Below, piece after piece: positions 1 through 15,683 of a DNA stretch of 64,000 bases. Within the stretch, counting starts at the first letter, position 1. The number at the start of each line of letters is the position of its first letter. Under the pieces are notes generated by a model that saw nothing but the letters and a program-made list of their open reading frames with translations, was not told the DNA's origin and did not search any database. The position numbers and the translations under genes are program-made. Source of the DNA: the human T2T-CHM13v2.0 reference genome, Homo sapiens. The stretch lies in NCBI RefSeq assembly GCF_009914755.1, contig NC_060942.1, one strand, 5' to 3'.

Positions 1-72
1 GACCTCAGGTGATCTGCCTGCCTCAGCCTCCCAAAGTGCTGGGATTACAGGCGTGAGCCACCATGACCGGCC
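1..72 (-). mobile_element. Alu 5' end (partial, cut by window edge)
   Basis: ccaaagtgctgggattacaggcgtgagccacc...ggcc. Confidence 0.95.
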
Positions 73-129
73 TGGGTATTTACTTTTAACCACAGGACAT
101 AACACATTGCTGAATTAATCAGAAGTTCA

Positions 130-587
130 CTCTTACTCTCCTACACTTTGAGACGCTCTGCGGGGAGCTCATCCACAAGCCCCCCTTGCCCTCTAGTTCC
201 CAGTTGGGTTTGGCCAATGGGAGGCACAAGAAGCAATCAGGGACTGGGAAGAAAGTGAGACTGGGATGTTTATTCCCCTTTCCCATCCCTCGGAAAACTG
301 CGTTCCTCTATTCTGTACCCAAGACCACAGCTCTTTTCATGACCCTGGCCTACTGCTCCTGTTCCAGCTTTAAAGTTCTCTGGTTCTGGTAACCACTCCC
401 TCCCTTTGGGCTTCCCGTCTAGGGCTGGTGATGCCTCATCCTCCTGGTTGCTGTTAAGTTCCTTAATTTTTTCTTCCCCTCATGCTGCTCACATTTTGCA
501 AATAGCCAGGCAGACTCTTATTAAAACCTCCTCAGTTACTTCTTTGAGTTTACTATCTACTTTCTCCCGGGAGCCCAGTGAAATCCA
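130..587 (+). mobile_element. Ancient ERVL LTR (LTR33-like)
   Basis: ccttgccctctagttcccagttgggtttggccaatgggaggcac... and terminal attaaaacctcctcagttac...tttgagt resemble LTR33; highly diverged. Confidence 0.55.
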
Positions 588-638
588 TGCAGTTGGAGAT
601 CCCGGGAGCCCAGTCAAATCCATGCAGTTGGAGATCCC
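565..638. repeat. 35-bp tandem duplication
   Basis: tcccgggagcccagt(g/c)aaatccatgcagttggaga occurs twice (565-599, 600-634), followed by tccc. Confidence 0.95.
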
Positions 639-664
639 TTCAGCATAGGTCTCTGGGCTGGCTT

Positions 665-830
665 GCTCCTGGAGGTGTGTCTAAACTGTAGCCCAGCGGT
701 ATTTGTAACCCCTGGGAGCTTTGTTAGAAATGCAGAATGTTAGATTCTGCCCCAGACTTCTTGAATCAGAGTCTGCATTTTAACCAGACTCCCAAGTGAT
801 TTATATCCACCTAGAGATTAAGAAGCACTG
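665..830. mobile_element. MER5A-like hAT-Charlie DNA transposon
   Basis: gagctttgttagaaatgcagaat...cccagac...gaatcagagtctgcattttaac...aagcactg. Confidence 0.75.
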
Positions 831-3387
831 CTTTAGGGAGCAAGTAGCCAGGAGCCTGGTTGGGTTTACGCGTTCTGAATGTAATCGCTTTCATTTCTGG
901 GGAAAGCCCACAACTTTTCTTGCTTCTCCTGCCCTGTCTCCAACCACCTTCCTACCCTCCACTACAGAGCAAAGCTCACACTCCTCTTACCTCTTTCCTT
1001 ATTTATTCCACAAAGTGTTACTGATTCCATTCTAAACTCCAGGCAAGGGGGCAGATGTTAGGGATACAAAGAATAAGGAAACATGTTACTGCCCTCTATT
1101 CAATTTAGTGAAGGGATGAAGACATGATCATAGTCAATTTCAGCGCAGTAGGAGGTACATAACAGAGATGGGAACAAAATGATGTGGAAACAAAGGCCAA
1201 AGTTATCCAAAGTTACTTTGCTTGATGAACTTAAAGTCCCTCTGTAAAATCCTTTGAAATGTGTTGTGTTTTCTAATTTTAGTCACGTGAAAATATTGAG
1301 TAAAGATATCTGATTATAATCCCCTGTCCTCAAGCTTTGTTCGAATGTTACATTTGACAAATAGCAGTATCTCTCCCAAGAACAGCTAGCAGTCCATGGA
1401 GTCAGAGCTGTTTGTACTGAGGCAGCTCCTGAGCAGCAAATGCCTGTGGACAACCAGGGTCTGAGGAAATTGAGGAGCTGATTTTTTTTTTCCAAAAGGA
1501 AATTCGTGGAGAAAACACCAAAAGATTCCCTCATAAGCTGTCTTTGGAATTAATTTCAGTGCTTGTTAAAACACCTAAATCCCTCTTTCAGAAGGATTCT
1601 CCAATAACTTCGTAATTAGGTTCTCTTCTTTTATCATCTGTAAGGAATACTCCCCATTTGAGTCCCTGCATAGTTCACATAAATGAAATAACACAGATTC
1701 CAGATTACCTCAGCAAGAGTAGTAGAACACTTTTTCATATCATTATAACTTTTAAAAAAGAAACAGTGGCTTAGGGCTTTGAATATTGATTTAACTGTTC
1801 ATTCATTCAAGAGGACCAGGTGTGTCACTCAAAATTTAACTCTTTCCTCACTCCTTCCTGGCACTATAACTCAGTGGTAAAGATAGCTCCATCACTCTGG
1901 GTTCCTTCTTTCCACCTCCAATGCATCTTTCTACCTCCAACAAGTCCTTCTTTGGCCCAGGGGTCCCTTAGATCAGCACAGTTGCTTCCTCCTCTTTGCT
2001 TCCTTAGTTTGTAAGCACCTGGGACTTGGATTGGCATCTGTGCATACTTGCAGGAATTGATGCGTTGACTGTGGTCCTGGGCCCCTGGTATGTTGTAACC
2101 CTTATTGTATGATAAACGACTAAGCCAACCAGCAGGTTTGAGAATTCCAAGGAAGTGGGTGCAGTTGAGAAACTGAGAAAGGGATTACCGTGCCTGTGAT
2201 GTATAAATGAGTTTCCATGTAGATATGAGCACTAGACTGAGATGGACATTTTCAGGCTTTACTTAGTTTTCCAGTGGCTAATACCATACGGTGATAGTGC
2301 ATGAAATTAGTTGAGTTGGTCAATATCTGCATTTGAAAAAATGAAATAGAAAAGGAAATAGGTCAGAGTATATCACACATAATGAGACTGTTTCATGAAA
2401 CTTTTGTTACATGTATGAGGTATGTGTGTGTACTGGGTAGAGATCTAAATTGTGTTTCTTCATATGGGTTGACATTAAACATTTTTTGGAAAACACTCCC
2501 TGAGGAGATGTCTGTTTGAAATTAGGAGAAGTTCTATTGGGAGGAACAATTGGGAGGGAGGTTTATGTCTTTAAATGGGAGAAGAAACGTCAGTTGAACA
2601 AAACAGTATTTTGACGTGGAGTGACCAGCGTAGTGATTTCCAGAGTTATTCATTTGTACAAGCTAAACTGCAACTAGACATTAGTCCTATTGGGTCATAA
2701 GCTTATATATTACACCTTTTTTATTTTTTCTATTTTATTTTTCCTTTTCTTTAGTTTTTAGTAAAGAATGTTTTGACAAATTATCCTGTCATATATACTT
2801 AAAGAAAAAATTAAGAGAATTTTCCTAACTATGCCAGTCCCAAAGGGATAGGTGTATACCCAGGTCAAGATAAGCTGGTGTCAATGAGGATAAAAATGTG
2901 AGAACCCAGTGGAGAAGAGCAGTCCTCAGGAAGGAAGAGTTGGGGCCCAGTTTCTCTCACCACTCTCTTCTCCCAGCATTCGGGCTCCATCATTGTGCCA
3001 CTGTAACCTTCCAACCACACGCCCCCCAGCATGCCTTTTTGGGGTGCGCTGACCACTTCATTCTTTGAAACTATTATTCCAATGTCCTTGCTATTGATAG
3101 GTGAATCCCTGAAAGAATGATATAAGATTGTACCATTTAAAATTTGATGAAAAGATCAAAACAAATTATCCTCACAGCAAGAACTGCCATTCAAAGCTTT
3201 TAAAACTATTTGCTATGGCTATTGATATATAAATATTAATAATTATAAAGCTATTTGCTGTGGGGAAAAAAAAAATCCCTAAAATAGCAAATTTTCTTTT
3301 CAGAGCTCAGCTTCTTACCAGCAAAGTTTTTTATTTTCTAGGCTTTTCCCTTTGGCCTAAAAATATTGAAATGTTCTCATGTGATCA

Positions 3388-3805
<418 letters not shown>

Positions 3806-4511
3806 TTAAGCTACATTGTTATTATTTACTTTTCCTTTATACTAATAATATATCATTTGCTTTCATGTTTTAGGTAGAGATCATCAATGAGAATGGTTAT
3901 TAAGATACTTATTTTTTTCCAGGGATGTAGTCTGTTAACTGGGGAAAACTTCTTTCATGTAGATTGGTGGTTTTCAACAATGGAAGAAACTTAAAAAAAT
4001 TAGTTCTATCTAGGCCCTACCCCCGGAAATTCTGATCGTTTTTATCTAAGACAATATAGCATAATGCCTGTGGCACAGACATTAACACTTTACAAAGCTG
4101 TGATGTGCAGGCAAAGCAATGGCAGTCTGAATTTTAATCTGGTGGGTTGGCTTTCCATAGGTGTCCCCATGGGTGTTTTTTGTTTCACTTTTCAAAAACA
4201 CAGTTTTAACCAATGTTATCATTCTCTATTAAAAGTGTTAGACACAACTCTCAAAGACAACTGTATTTAAATATACAGGCACAAGAGATTTCTTAATGTA
4301 AAAGTTTAATTCCAACTTTTTAAATAATCTAATTCCTATCCATCACAGTTGGATTGACAGTAGGATTACTCCAACTGTAATTTCCTCTTTAACTAATTTG
4401 AGTAGTTCTGCTTTGTTCCATGTATTCTGGCTCATTCTGCCTTTTGTCTAGTCAGAAAATACAGGTTGGCTTCAGTTTCTCCTGGCCTTGAGGCATCTGC
4501 ATGTCTGTAGT

Positions 4512-5270
<759 letters not shown>

Positions 5271-5761
5271 CCAGACTGTATCAGAGACAAGTGATACAAA
5301 GATGACCAAGATACAGTACTTGCCCAGGAAGAAGAATTCCTGTGGCCACCTCTGTCTTATATCAAGAGATAAGTGTGAAACAGAGTATCCACAACAGTGT
5401 TTGGGAAGACAGTGTGAGTGGCTCCCAACTCTACCAACAAAGGCTTCAAAGGAGTAATGACATTTGAATTGAGTCTTAAAGGATAAATGTATTACTTGGC
5501 CTGACAACACAGAAGAAAAGGTCATTTTTGTCAAAGAAATCAACCTTGAAAAAATGCCGCAGTTCATGACTTGTACCAGTGAAGGTAGCAAGGTCTGTGT
5601 GTTGGTGATGAATTTGCAGGGGATCAGGCTGAAGAAACAAGACTTGGGAGAGAGGATGTGAGACCTTTTTATGACATGCATAGAGTTGGCACCTCAGCCT
5701 TTGCATGGTAGGGAGCTAGCTGAAGGCTACCTCCATGACAGATGTACACTTTGAAAAGACA

Positions 5762-6081
<320 letters not shown>

Positions 6082-6289
6082 TCACCAGAGATCACCACCA
6101 CTAACAATTCATACTGGTCGTTTTTCCCTGAATGTTTTACCTATGTAGGAAAATTTTACATCCCAATTTTTAATTTAACACTATGAAAAGCATTTCTTTT
6201 TATAATAAAGACACTCTATTAGTATACTTTTGATGGCTTCAAAACTACTTTTGTATAGATGCAAAATTAAAATATCAAATTGTTTCTTT

Positions 6290-6610
6290 TGTTTGTTTGT
6301 TTTTTTGTTTTTTTTTTGAGACAGAGTCTCACTCTGTCGCCCAGGCTAAAGCACAGTGGCATGATCTCGGCTCACTGCAAGCTTTTCCTCCCAGGTTAAA
6401 GTGATTCTCATGCCGCAGCCTCCCGAGAAGCTGGGACTACAGGTGTGCACCACCACCCCCGGCTAATTTTTTGTATTTTTACAAAACACAAAGAGAGACG
6501 GGGTTTCACCATGTTGGGCAGGCTGGTCTCAAACTCCTGACCTCAGGTGATCCGCCTGCCTCAGCCTCCCAAAGTGCTGGGATTGCAGGCGTGGGCCACC
6601 GTGCCCTGCC
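6290..6610 (-). mobile_element. AluS
   Basis: TSD TCAAATTGTTTCTTT at 6275-6289 and 6611-6625. Confidence 0.95.
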
Positions 6611-6829
6611 TCAAATTGTTTCTTTAATGGTTGTTCCCAAATTTTCATAAATAACTTTTTACGTAACATTTTTGGGCATAAAGTTGTCTAAAATTATTTT
6701 CATAGGCTAGATACCTTAAGTACACTTAATGATTTAAATCATACTTAACATTAAGACTTTAATGTTGCTATATTGATATTTAGTAAAAGTACAAAACTTG
6801 TGCTTTAGAGTTTAGACATATTCAGGATA

Positions 6830-7360
6830 TAAGATAGTTTTGTTGGATTTGGCGAACACTTGCCCTAGGAGAATAAAAAATGATGAATTAGTCCAAAATG
6901 TTCCAGTTTTCTAATTTGTCAGACTCGGTAAATGGTATCATCACCAACCAAGAAAAACAGAAGATACAGGGAGAGTAGATTTTGCAGAAAAGATAAGGAG
7001 TTCTGTTTGGGACTTGCTGCCTTTGATATACTGCACTGGGAGAAAATCCAAGTCGAACAGAGTGGACAAGTGAGAATGTGCTGTGGAATCAACAAGAGGG
7101 GTGGGGAGTCTACCTACCTAGATTTGAGAGCAGTTTGGCAAATAATTGTTAGTAAATGTCATAGAAATTCGTGGGAGAGAGAAGTTGATAAGAACAGAGG
7201 GGTAAAGGATGAAACAGAGGAAACACTGCCGCTTCTCAGGGTTGGGTACAAGAGAAGCCAGGGAAATAGACTAAGAAAGAGTGATCAGGGAAACCGGGAG
7301 ACAGTGTTGTCACGGAAGCCTGGAGTGTGAGATTTTCCAGAAAAGAAGGAATGAAAGAAT
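6830..7360 (-). mobile_element. L2 fragment
   Basis: Diverged purine-rich L2-like motifs (gataaggagttctgtttggga; gtgttgtcacggaagcc). Confidence 0.55.
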
Positions 7361-7501
7361 GAATGGTCTGTAGATCCATTACTCAGCACTATCAGACACA
7401 TTGTCCCCTTTTGATATCCCATAATGAAATTTATAGATAATATAATCTACTTGTGCACAAAATTTTAGAAATTAATATAATGCCCCAACTATAATATAAA
7501 G

Positions 7502-7935
7502 TGTATTAGTCAGGGTTCTCTAGAGGGACAGAACTAATAGGATATATATATATAAAGGGGAGTTTATAAAGTATTAACTTACACTATTACAAGGTCCCAC
7601 AATAGGCTGTCTGCAAGCTTGAGGAGCAGAGAGCCAGGCTGAGTCTCAACACTGAAGAACTTGGAGTCCGATGTTCGAGGGCAGGAAAAATCCAGCACAG
7701 GAGAAAGACGCAGGCTGGGAGGCTAGGCCAGTCTCTCCTTTCCATGTTCCTCTGCCTGCTTTATATTCACTGGCAGCTGATTGGATTGTGCCCACCAGAT
7801 TAAGGGTGGATCTGCCTTCCCCAGCCCACTGACTCAAGTATTAATCTCTTTTGACAACACCCTCACAGACACACCCAGGATCAATATTTGTATCCTTCAA
7901 TCCAATTAAGCTGACACTCAGAATTAACCATCACA
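7502..7935 (-). mobile_element. MLT2A (ERVL) solo LTR
   Basis: Termini tgtattagtcagggttctctagagggacagaac...aattaaccatcaca; perfect 5-bp TSD TAAAG at 7497-7501 and 7936-7940. Confidence 0.9.
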
Positions 7936-8234
7936 TAAAGGAAGAAGTAAAAGGAAAGTATATTTTATATAATAAGTATTTAAATATGTAAACATTGGGA
8001 CATGACTAAAACTGACTGAACACATTGAAGGAGTCACTTGGTTGGTCTGATGTGCAGAATTACCATGCATGCTACAAATGGAGAGGGGTCTACATGAGCT
8101 GTATTGCTTGTGGTGCCGCAGATGACTTGAATTTCCAGAATGGTGAGTATTTGAACAAAACAAAGTATAGTTTTCCCTCAAATTACACTATGGTTGTATT
8201 GCTGTAAAGTTCCATGTATAAAAACATATTTTAT

Positions 8235-8800
8235 GAGTCCTTATTGTATGATTCCATTTATTTAGAATTCTATAAAGTGCCAGTTTTTTTCTTTTTTTTT
8301 TAATTTGTGGTTTTTTTTTGTTTGTTTGTTTGTTTGTTTTTTGAGATGGAGTCTCACTCTGTCACCCAGGCTGGATTCTCCTGCCTCAGCCTCCTGAGTA
8401 GCTGAGATTACAGGCACCCACCACCATGCCCGGCTAATTTTTGTATTTTTAGTAGACGAGGTTTCACCATGTTGGCCAGGCTGGTCTCGAACTCCTGACT
8501 TCAGGTGCTCCACCTGCCTCGGCCTCCCAAAGTGCTGGGATTACAGATGTGAACCACTGTGCCTGGTTTAAAGTGCAAATTAATTTGTAGATTCAGAAAG
8601 CAAATCATGGTTACCTGGAGATGGACGTAGAGGAAGGGATAGAATTACAAATGGGTGTGAGAAGACTTTTGTAACTGATGGAGGTGTATGTGTCCTCGAC
8701 TGTCATGATGGTTTCATGTGTGAATACAAACGTCAAAACTCATCAGGTCGTACATTTAATACATGTGCAGTTTATTGTTCATCAGTTATGCTCAATGAAT
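8235..8800 (+). mobile_element. Old L1M (L1ME-like) 3' end, interrupted by an Alu
   Basis: tgtatgattccatttat...gtcaaaactcatcag...tgtgcagtttattgt. Confidence 0.7.
8284..8568 (-). mobile_element. AluS with ~54-bp internal deletion
   Basis: cccaggctgga joins directly to ttctcctgcc at 8375/8376; TAAAGTGC in both flanks. Confidence 0.9.
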
Positions 8801-11139
8801 TTTTTCAATAAATGTTTAATAAAGCTGAGCAAAAAAGTACATTGTATATCTATATTTAAAACTGCATTAACCTCTGATAGTTATAAACAGGTTTTTGTCC
8901 TGTGGTGAGTGTCCAGCAAGGATTTGAAAGTCCTGCATGACACAGGACAGTTCTTTCTTATGCAGTACTGTCCATGCATTTTAGGACTCTTGGCATTCCT
9001 GGCCCTGCCAATTAAATGCTAGTCCTTGCAACAATCAGAAAACGCTCCCACAGCATTCCAGAACACTTCCTATGGAGTGATACAGTGCAAGGGGGAAGCA
9101 AGTGTTCACAGCATCAAGTGCCCCTCCTTCATTCTTAGAGTTCTGGCTAAGCAAGAAATCGGGGAAAATAACATAATGGCGCAGTAATCGTGACCTCTGT
9201 GGAACTCTGTAGTTCTCCCTCCCGCCAGCTGATACAGTTGTTCCACTGTGACTACATAAATTGCTCCAATCCCTTTTTTCCTCAGAACTATAGGTTCTTA
9301 GGTTAACTCATTAGACATATGAATGTTGCTGTTCCTCTTAGCAATGGCTCTCATCTAGCCGGTTTCCAGCCTACTTACAAATGAAATCTGTTCCCTAAAG
9401 CTACTTCCAGTATGATGCTCACATTTGCCTCATTCAAAGTGTATTTCAAACATTAAGCAAAACATAATGAAAACCTTGAAAGAAACAACTTATTATTCTG
9501 CATGATTTGTTGTGGCTTTTATACTGATTATATTGGGTCCAAAAGTTTTCCACATTTCTGCCCAAAAGACTATTTTTCTTTAAGTCATGACTGGGGCAAG
9601 TGATTTGACATCTACAGCTGCTATTTCTTCATAATTAACACACTTACGAGACACAATAAATATGGAACCCTAAAATGCTGTACAATTGTAAGGTCCATCA
9701 TTGCAATGGGCGGTAATTGACTACAGAAGGCCTTGGTATGTAACAATAGGTAAGGTCTTTTTATGCTCAAAATAAGGACAGATGAGGAACAGTGCTCCTC
9801 TAATAATTCTCTGACCTGTTGTTTTAAGGATTCAGGCCATGGACGCTGTTCTTATGTGTACCTCTATTTTGTTTCATGTTTATGTTCTTCTTCTGCATTC
9901 TGTCTTCCTACAGCCAAAGGGAATGGACGGCTTTGAGGTGGACAGAGATAGGGTGGAAGAAGAGAGTTAAATTTACGGCTCTAAGGTTATGCTCTAAGTG
10001 GAAGAAAACTAAAGAATTACAATTGATTTTCAGGAAACTATTTGAATGTCTTTCCCTATTCACCCTTTTCCCTCCACCTTCATACATATGTAAAGTCATA
10101 ATGCGAATTATAAAGTGCTTCTTGGCAGTGACGTTTAAAAGATTGTTGGTTACTCTCTGTGTTCATCAGTAATAGATGTGTATTGGCTTCTAATATGCTG
10201 AGGACTTGATTTAGATTTGTCATTCATTCAGAGGGACCCGTGAAGGCTAAGGGTAGTCAAAAAGGATACTAGATGATTTACAATGTAAATAGAAAATATT
10301 CTACTCAGACTCATTTATCAATATGGAAGTGTCCGAGATTACTTGCTAGAGGCTCTGTTAGATCATTCATGAAATGGGTATGAAGAGGAGAGAGAGGTTA
10401 TACTTTGTAAATTCTATATGTTAATAAAATGAGTGCTTTATTCATTTTCAGTCAGAAAAAAATAAAAATATTAGATAACAAACACCATTAAACTTTTTCC
10501 AGTTAAAAATAAACAATATTTCTCATTAAGAAAAAGTGTATGGCGTGCAGTTCTAGGCTTAAGGTGTTGCAAAATAGATGCACAGAAAATTGTGCTTAAA
10601 ATAGCTGCCACATTTGTTCTGTTTTCTACCACATACCCCACTAAACATGATAAATTCTTCTTTCCCAACCTCTTTTGATCCTCCCCACAAATTAAGTTTC
10701 ATAACAGACTACCACATTTTGTTCTAGTTCATATTCTTTTTTTCTGTCATAATACAACAAGTAAATTGTAGTGGCTTTGATTTATGTTTCTGCCTGACTT
10801 CAAAAACACTAGAGAAATTGTCCGTTCTAAAAATGGGCTCATGGATCTTGAGCATGTAGCAGGAAAATGGGGAGACAGTCCTGTGAATTGCAGAGGAACC
10901 TTGGAACTGCCCATCCTCACCAGGAGGAACTTGGGCCTCCCCTGGCAGGTAACAATGCGCATTACTGCTCTATCCCTCACAGGACACTGCCTTGCCTCCC
11001 TTGACTTGTGATTTTAAAAATTCCCAGTGGTTTTCAGTTTTTCTTATAAATTCTTTTAGATTTGCTTTTAGGGTCTAAACCATTTATTTCTGATCTTGCC
11101 TTTTGTTTGTTCAATAGATCTTGAGACTCTGAATTCTAA

Positions 11140-11454
<315 letters not shown>

Positions 11455-11949
11455 TAATTTTTTAATTGCAATTTTTCTTAGATGCATGAAGAAAAGTTAC
11501 ACAGATTTAAACGGAGTTTCTGGAGAAATCAACTGAAGCACTGAAGTTTTATTTTCACAGATTATCATTAGAATATTTTCCTGGGTATTCATTTTATTAA
11601 GACTAATTTTCTAAATCCAGGAGTGGATCTTAGAGCACTTTCTCTCTGAGGGAGTGGATCTTTACACAAAGATTCAGAGTATGAAAAGCAACGCGTTTTC
11701 ATTGATTCTCCTATTCTTTCTGAAATCCAGCAAGGAAGAGAGCTGGAGGGGTCCCTGCGAGAAAGAAGAGTGCTCCAGGAGGGCACAGCCTGTGTTGATG
11801 GTGACGAGATGGGAGGATATTCTAATAGTCACCCTTCCTCGGGGAACAGTGTGTTCCCCTAGGCTGGGGAAGGGAGAGGATTTCTCTGTGTGTCCCAAGA
11901 AGGCACACAGCTGCAGCCTGGGCCTCACACACATTCTTTTGCTCTAGAC

Positions 11950-12201
11950 CAGGGATTGGCAAACTTTTTCTGTAAAAGACCAAATGTAACTATTTTCTAT
12001 TTTGCAGGCCATATGATCTCTGTTGTAACTACTAACTCTACACTGGCAGCTGGCGTGTAGCCATGGACTATGCATAAGCAAGTGAGAGGAGCTCTATGTC
12101 ACTGTGGCTGTGTTTCCAGAAACACAGCCTATATGTTAGCCCGCAGCAGAAAGCCTGCAGCACTCCAGATTTGTCTGTGGGTTGTAGTTCACTGATCCCT
12201 G
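11950..12201. mobile_element. MER58A-like hAT DNA transposon
   Basis: Termini cagggattggcaaac...gttcactgatccctg; flanking 8-mers ctctagac / ctctaggt. Confidence 0.8.
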
Positions 12202-14107
12202 CTCTAGGTCACACTTGACATTCTCACTGGGCAAGCTGGGTGTAGCCCCTATGTGAATGGTCAAGTTCCCATTTGCAGAAAGAGTCACCAGATATTTAGA
12301 GGCTGGGCTTCCCTAAGTCCCTGTGTTAACCAGGATATGGCCTGGGACATCCCAAGGGAAGTTTTAAAACATACAGCCAGGTAACATGTAGATCCTTGCA
12401 TTTCATGTGTAACATTGGAACCTAAATCAAACTACAGCATATGACAAAAGCCAGACCATCATATCTAAAGCCTACAGGCTTCTCCTGCCTTTGAGCAAAG
12501 TCTGGCCAATGGATGAATGAATGTGCCTAACAAAATGTAGAGCAACATACATGGGTGTTATTCCAAATATTTAATAACTCTTTAGAAGGCCCAGGAACGT
12601 ACCAAGAGAAACAGGCCTTAGCGGTAGACAACCAGCCTGATTTCTGTACCAGTGAGCACTCGCTGAAAAGAAGTTGTCAATAAATGGTAGCAGAGTGCAT
12701 GCACACACGCATTCATGTATTTATAAAAATATATACACATCTATACATGCATACATTTTTTTCAGAGCGTATTGAGACCACTTGAGCTTCTCAACATGCA
12801 TTTCTACATTACAAATCTTCAGCTTCCCTCACCTGCCTCCCCCGAGCACCCCTGCTATACTCCCTGTCTTTCCCACACATCAACTTACCCATTTCTAAAA
12901 GCTTCCTGGCCCCTGTCTTCAAAGATGCCAACATCATCTTCATTCTGTAACAATAGCCGTTTTATTGAATACAATATTTTGTATTTGATGTGTAGGTCAT
13001 TTTCTTCAGAAAAGGTACATTGTCATACAGGCTACGAGATTGGGTAACCAATAAACTGCAGTCATTCTGAAGTTAGTCTCGCTCTCTTTTCTTTCCTCTC
13101 TGAATTGTAGGTTCAGCTTTGTTGTTATTTTCCAAAAATACATTATTACAACATCCTATGGGTCTTATAAATAATGAGATTGGCAAGTGAACCTATTTGG
13201 CAAATTCCCATAAAACCTTTGGTGATTTAAAGGAGCAAGTTTCCCTATTAGTCGAAAATGAACTACTTGTTTTTCTTTCTCCTTTTTGTGTGTACACACA
13301 TACACACACTTCTGTGGTTTTATATTTTATTCAAAAATAATTGAAAAATTTTAAATGATTCTTAAATTAAGAAATAACAAATGGAAAATTAGAAGCAAAC
13401 CTTAGCCAGGTGTCTGGTAGGTGAAGGGGTCTGTAAACTGGGGATGGCAATTGAAATTAGGTTAGTCTAGACAAACTTCACAACCCACCAGAGGGAGAAA
13501 TTTATATGTATATGACCAACAAATATTTATTGAAAGTAAATAGACTTTGGGGCTCTATTTGTTTCCTTCCTGTTCTTGTCATCCAGGTGTTATATAACGT
13601 TAACTTTCTGGAGTCAGGTGTATCCACTTATAAAATCTGCCCTGATTTGTGAAGAGGTGTGTTTTTTGTTTTTGTTGTTGTAGTTGTTTTTAATCAGTAA
13701 CTCCCCACCTGAAGCAAGACTTCAGAAATGGAAAAAACTGGATCACTTTGTTGCTTTTGGAGTATTTTCTCTGTCACTTGGAGACTGGAAAAGACAAGAT
13801 GGTTGCCAACTCAAGGATTTCCGCCTTCTGGAGGCCGCGTAGTCTGAGCATCTGTCTTCGCTTCAGAACATTGTCTGAGGCTAGAATTGTCCTGGCAGTT
13901 GTCTCTTGGACAGTACTTAAAACTTAAGGAGTCTGGATCTTCATGAAACTGTATATGATATTTCTCCCCCACCTCCCTCTTCCCGGTCTTCTGTTTCCTT
14001 TTGTCTTCTGTAATAGCAGAACTTTGTTATCTTTTTAGAACTGGCACTGCTTGGAACAGCTTTCTACAATTTGGAGGCCTATGAGAAGGGGAACTAGAGA
14101 ACAGTGA

Positions 14108-14431
<324 letters not shown>

Positions 14432-14662
14432 GAAACACAATTTTTTAAACACATTTTTAAAAACATTAAGTTTAAAGGAAAAGCATAAATTTGAAAAGAT
14501 TTATTTTAATAAAATTCAGTTTTTTAGAACACTAATGATTAGGAAATAAAAAGGAAAAGACTCTTTTCATTAAATAGTGTGGAACAATTGGAGATTCATA
14601 TGCAAAAAAACACCTCCATCTACATATAATCAGAGAAGGAAACTAATTATAAATTATTGGGG

Positions 14663-15308
<646 letters not shown>

Positions 15309-15683
15309 CATTTCCATATATACTTACAATTCTTCTGTGTTTATGCATTTAATATTTACTCATGTGAAGCATGCATCATGCTAGACCCTGTGACAGACTG
15401 AGGGATGTCAAAATTAATCTAATGTCATTTCTGATTCCAAGTAGTTTAAAATTTAATAATTGAGATGAATCATGTCTTCCAGCCAGTGAACTACAAGATG
15501 ATAAGTGGTATGTGTTGGCAGAACCTTTTCATCTGGTAGGATCAGGGACAATATCCTAGAGGAAGTATTACTGACTTCAGTTCTTGGTTTATAACAATGC
15601 CTCATTTTTCCCTCAACAATGTGTTTACTTCTTTGGTGACTTGTCTTTTTAAATCTTTAGCGCATTAAAAAATACAATGGTTT

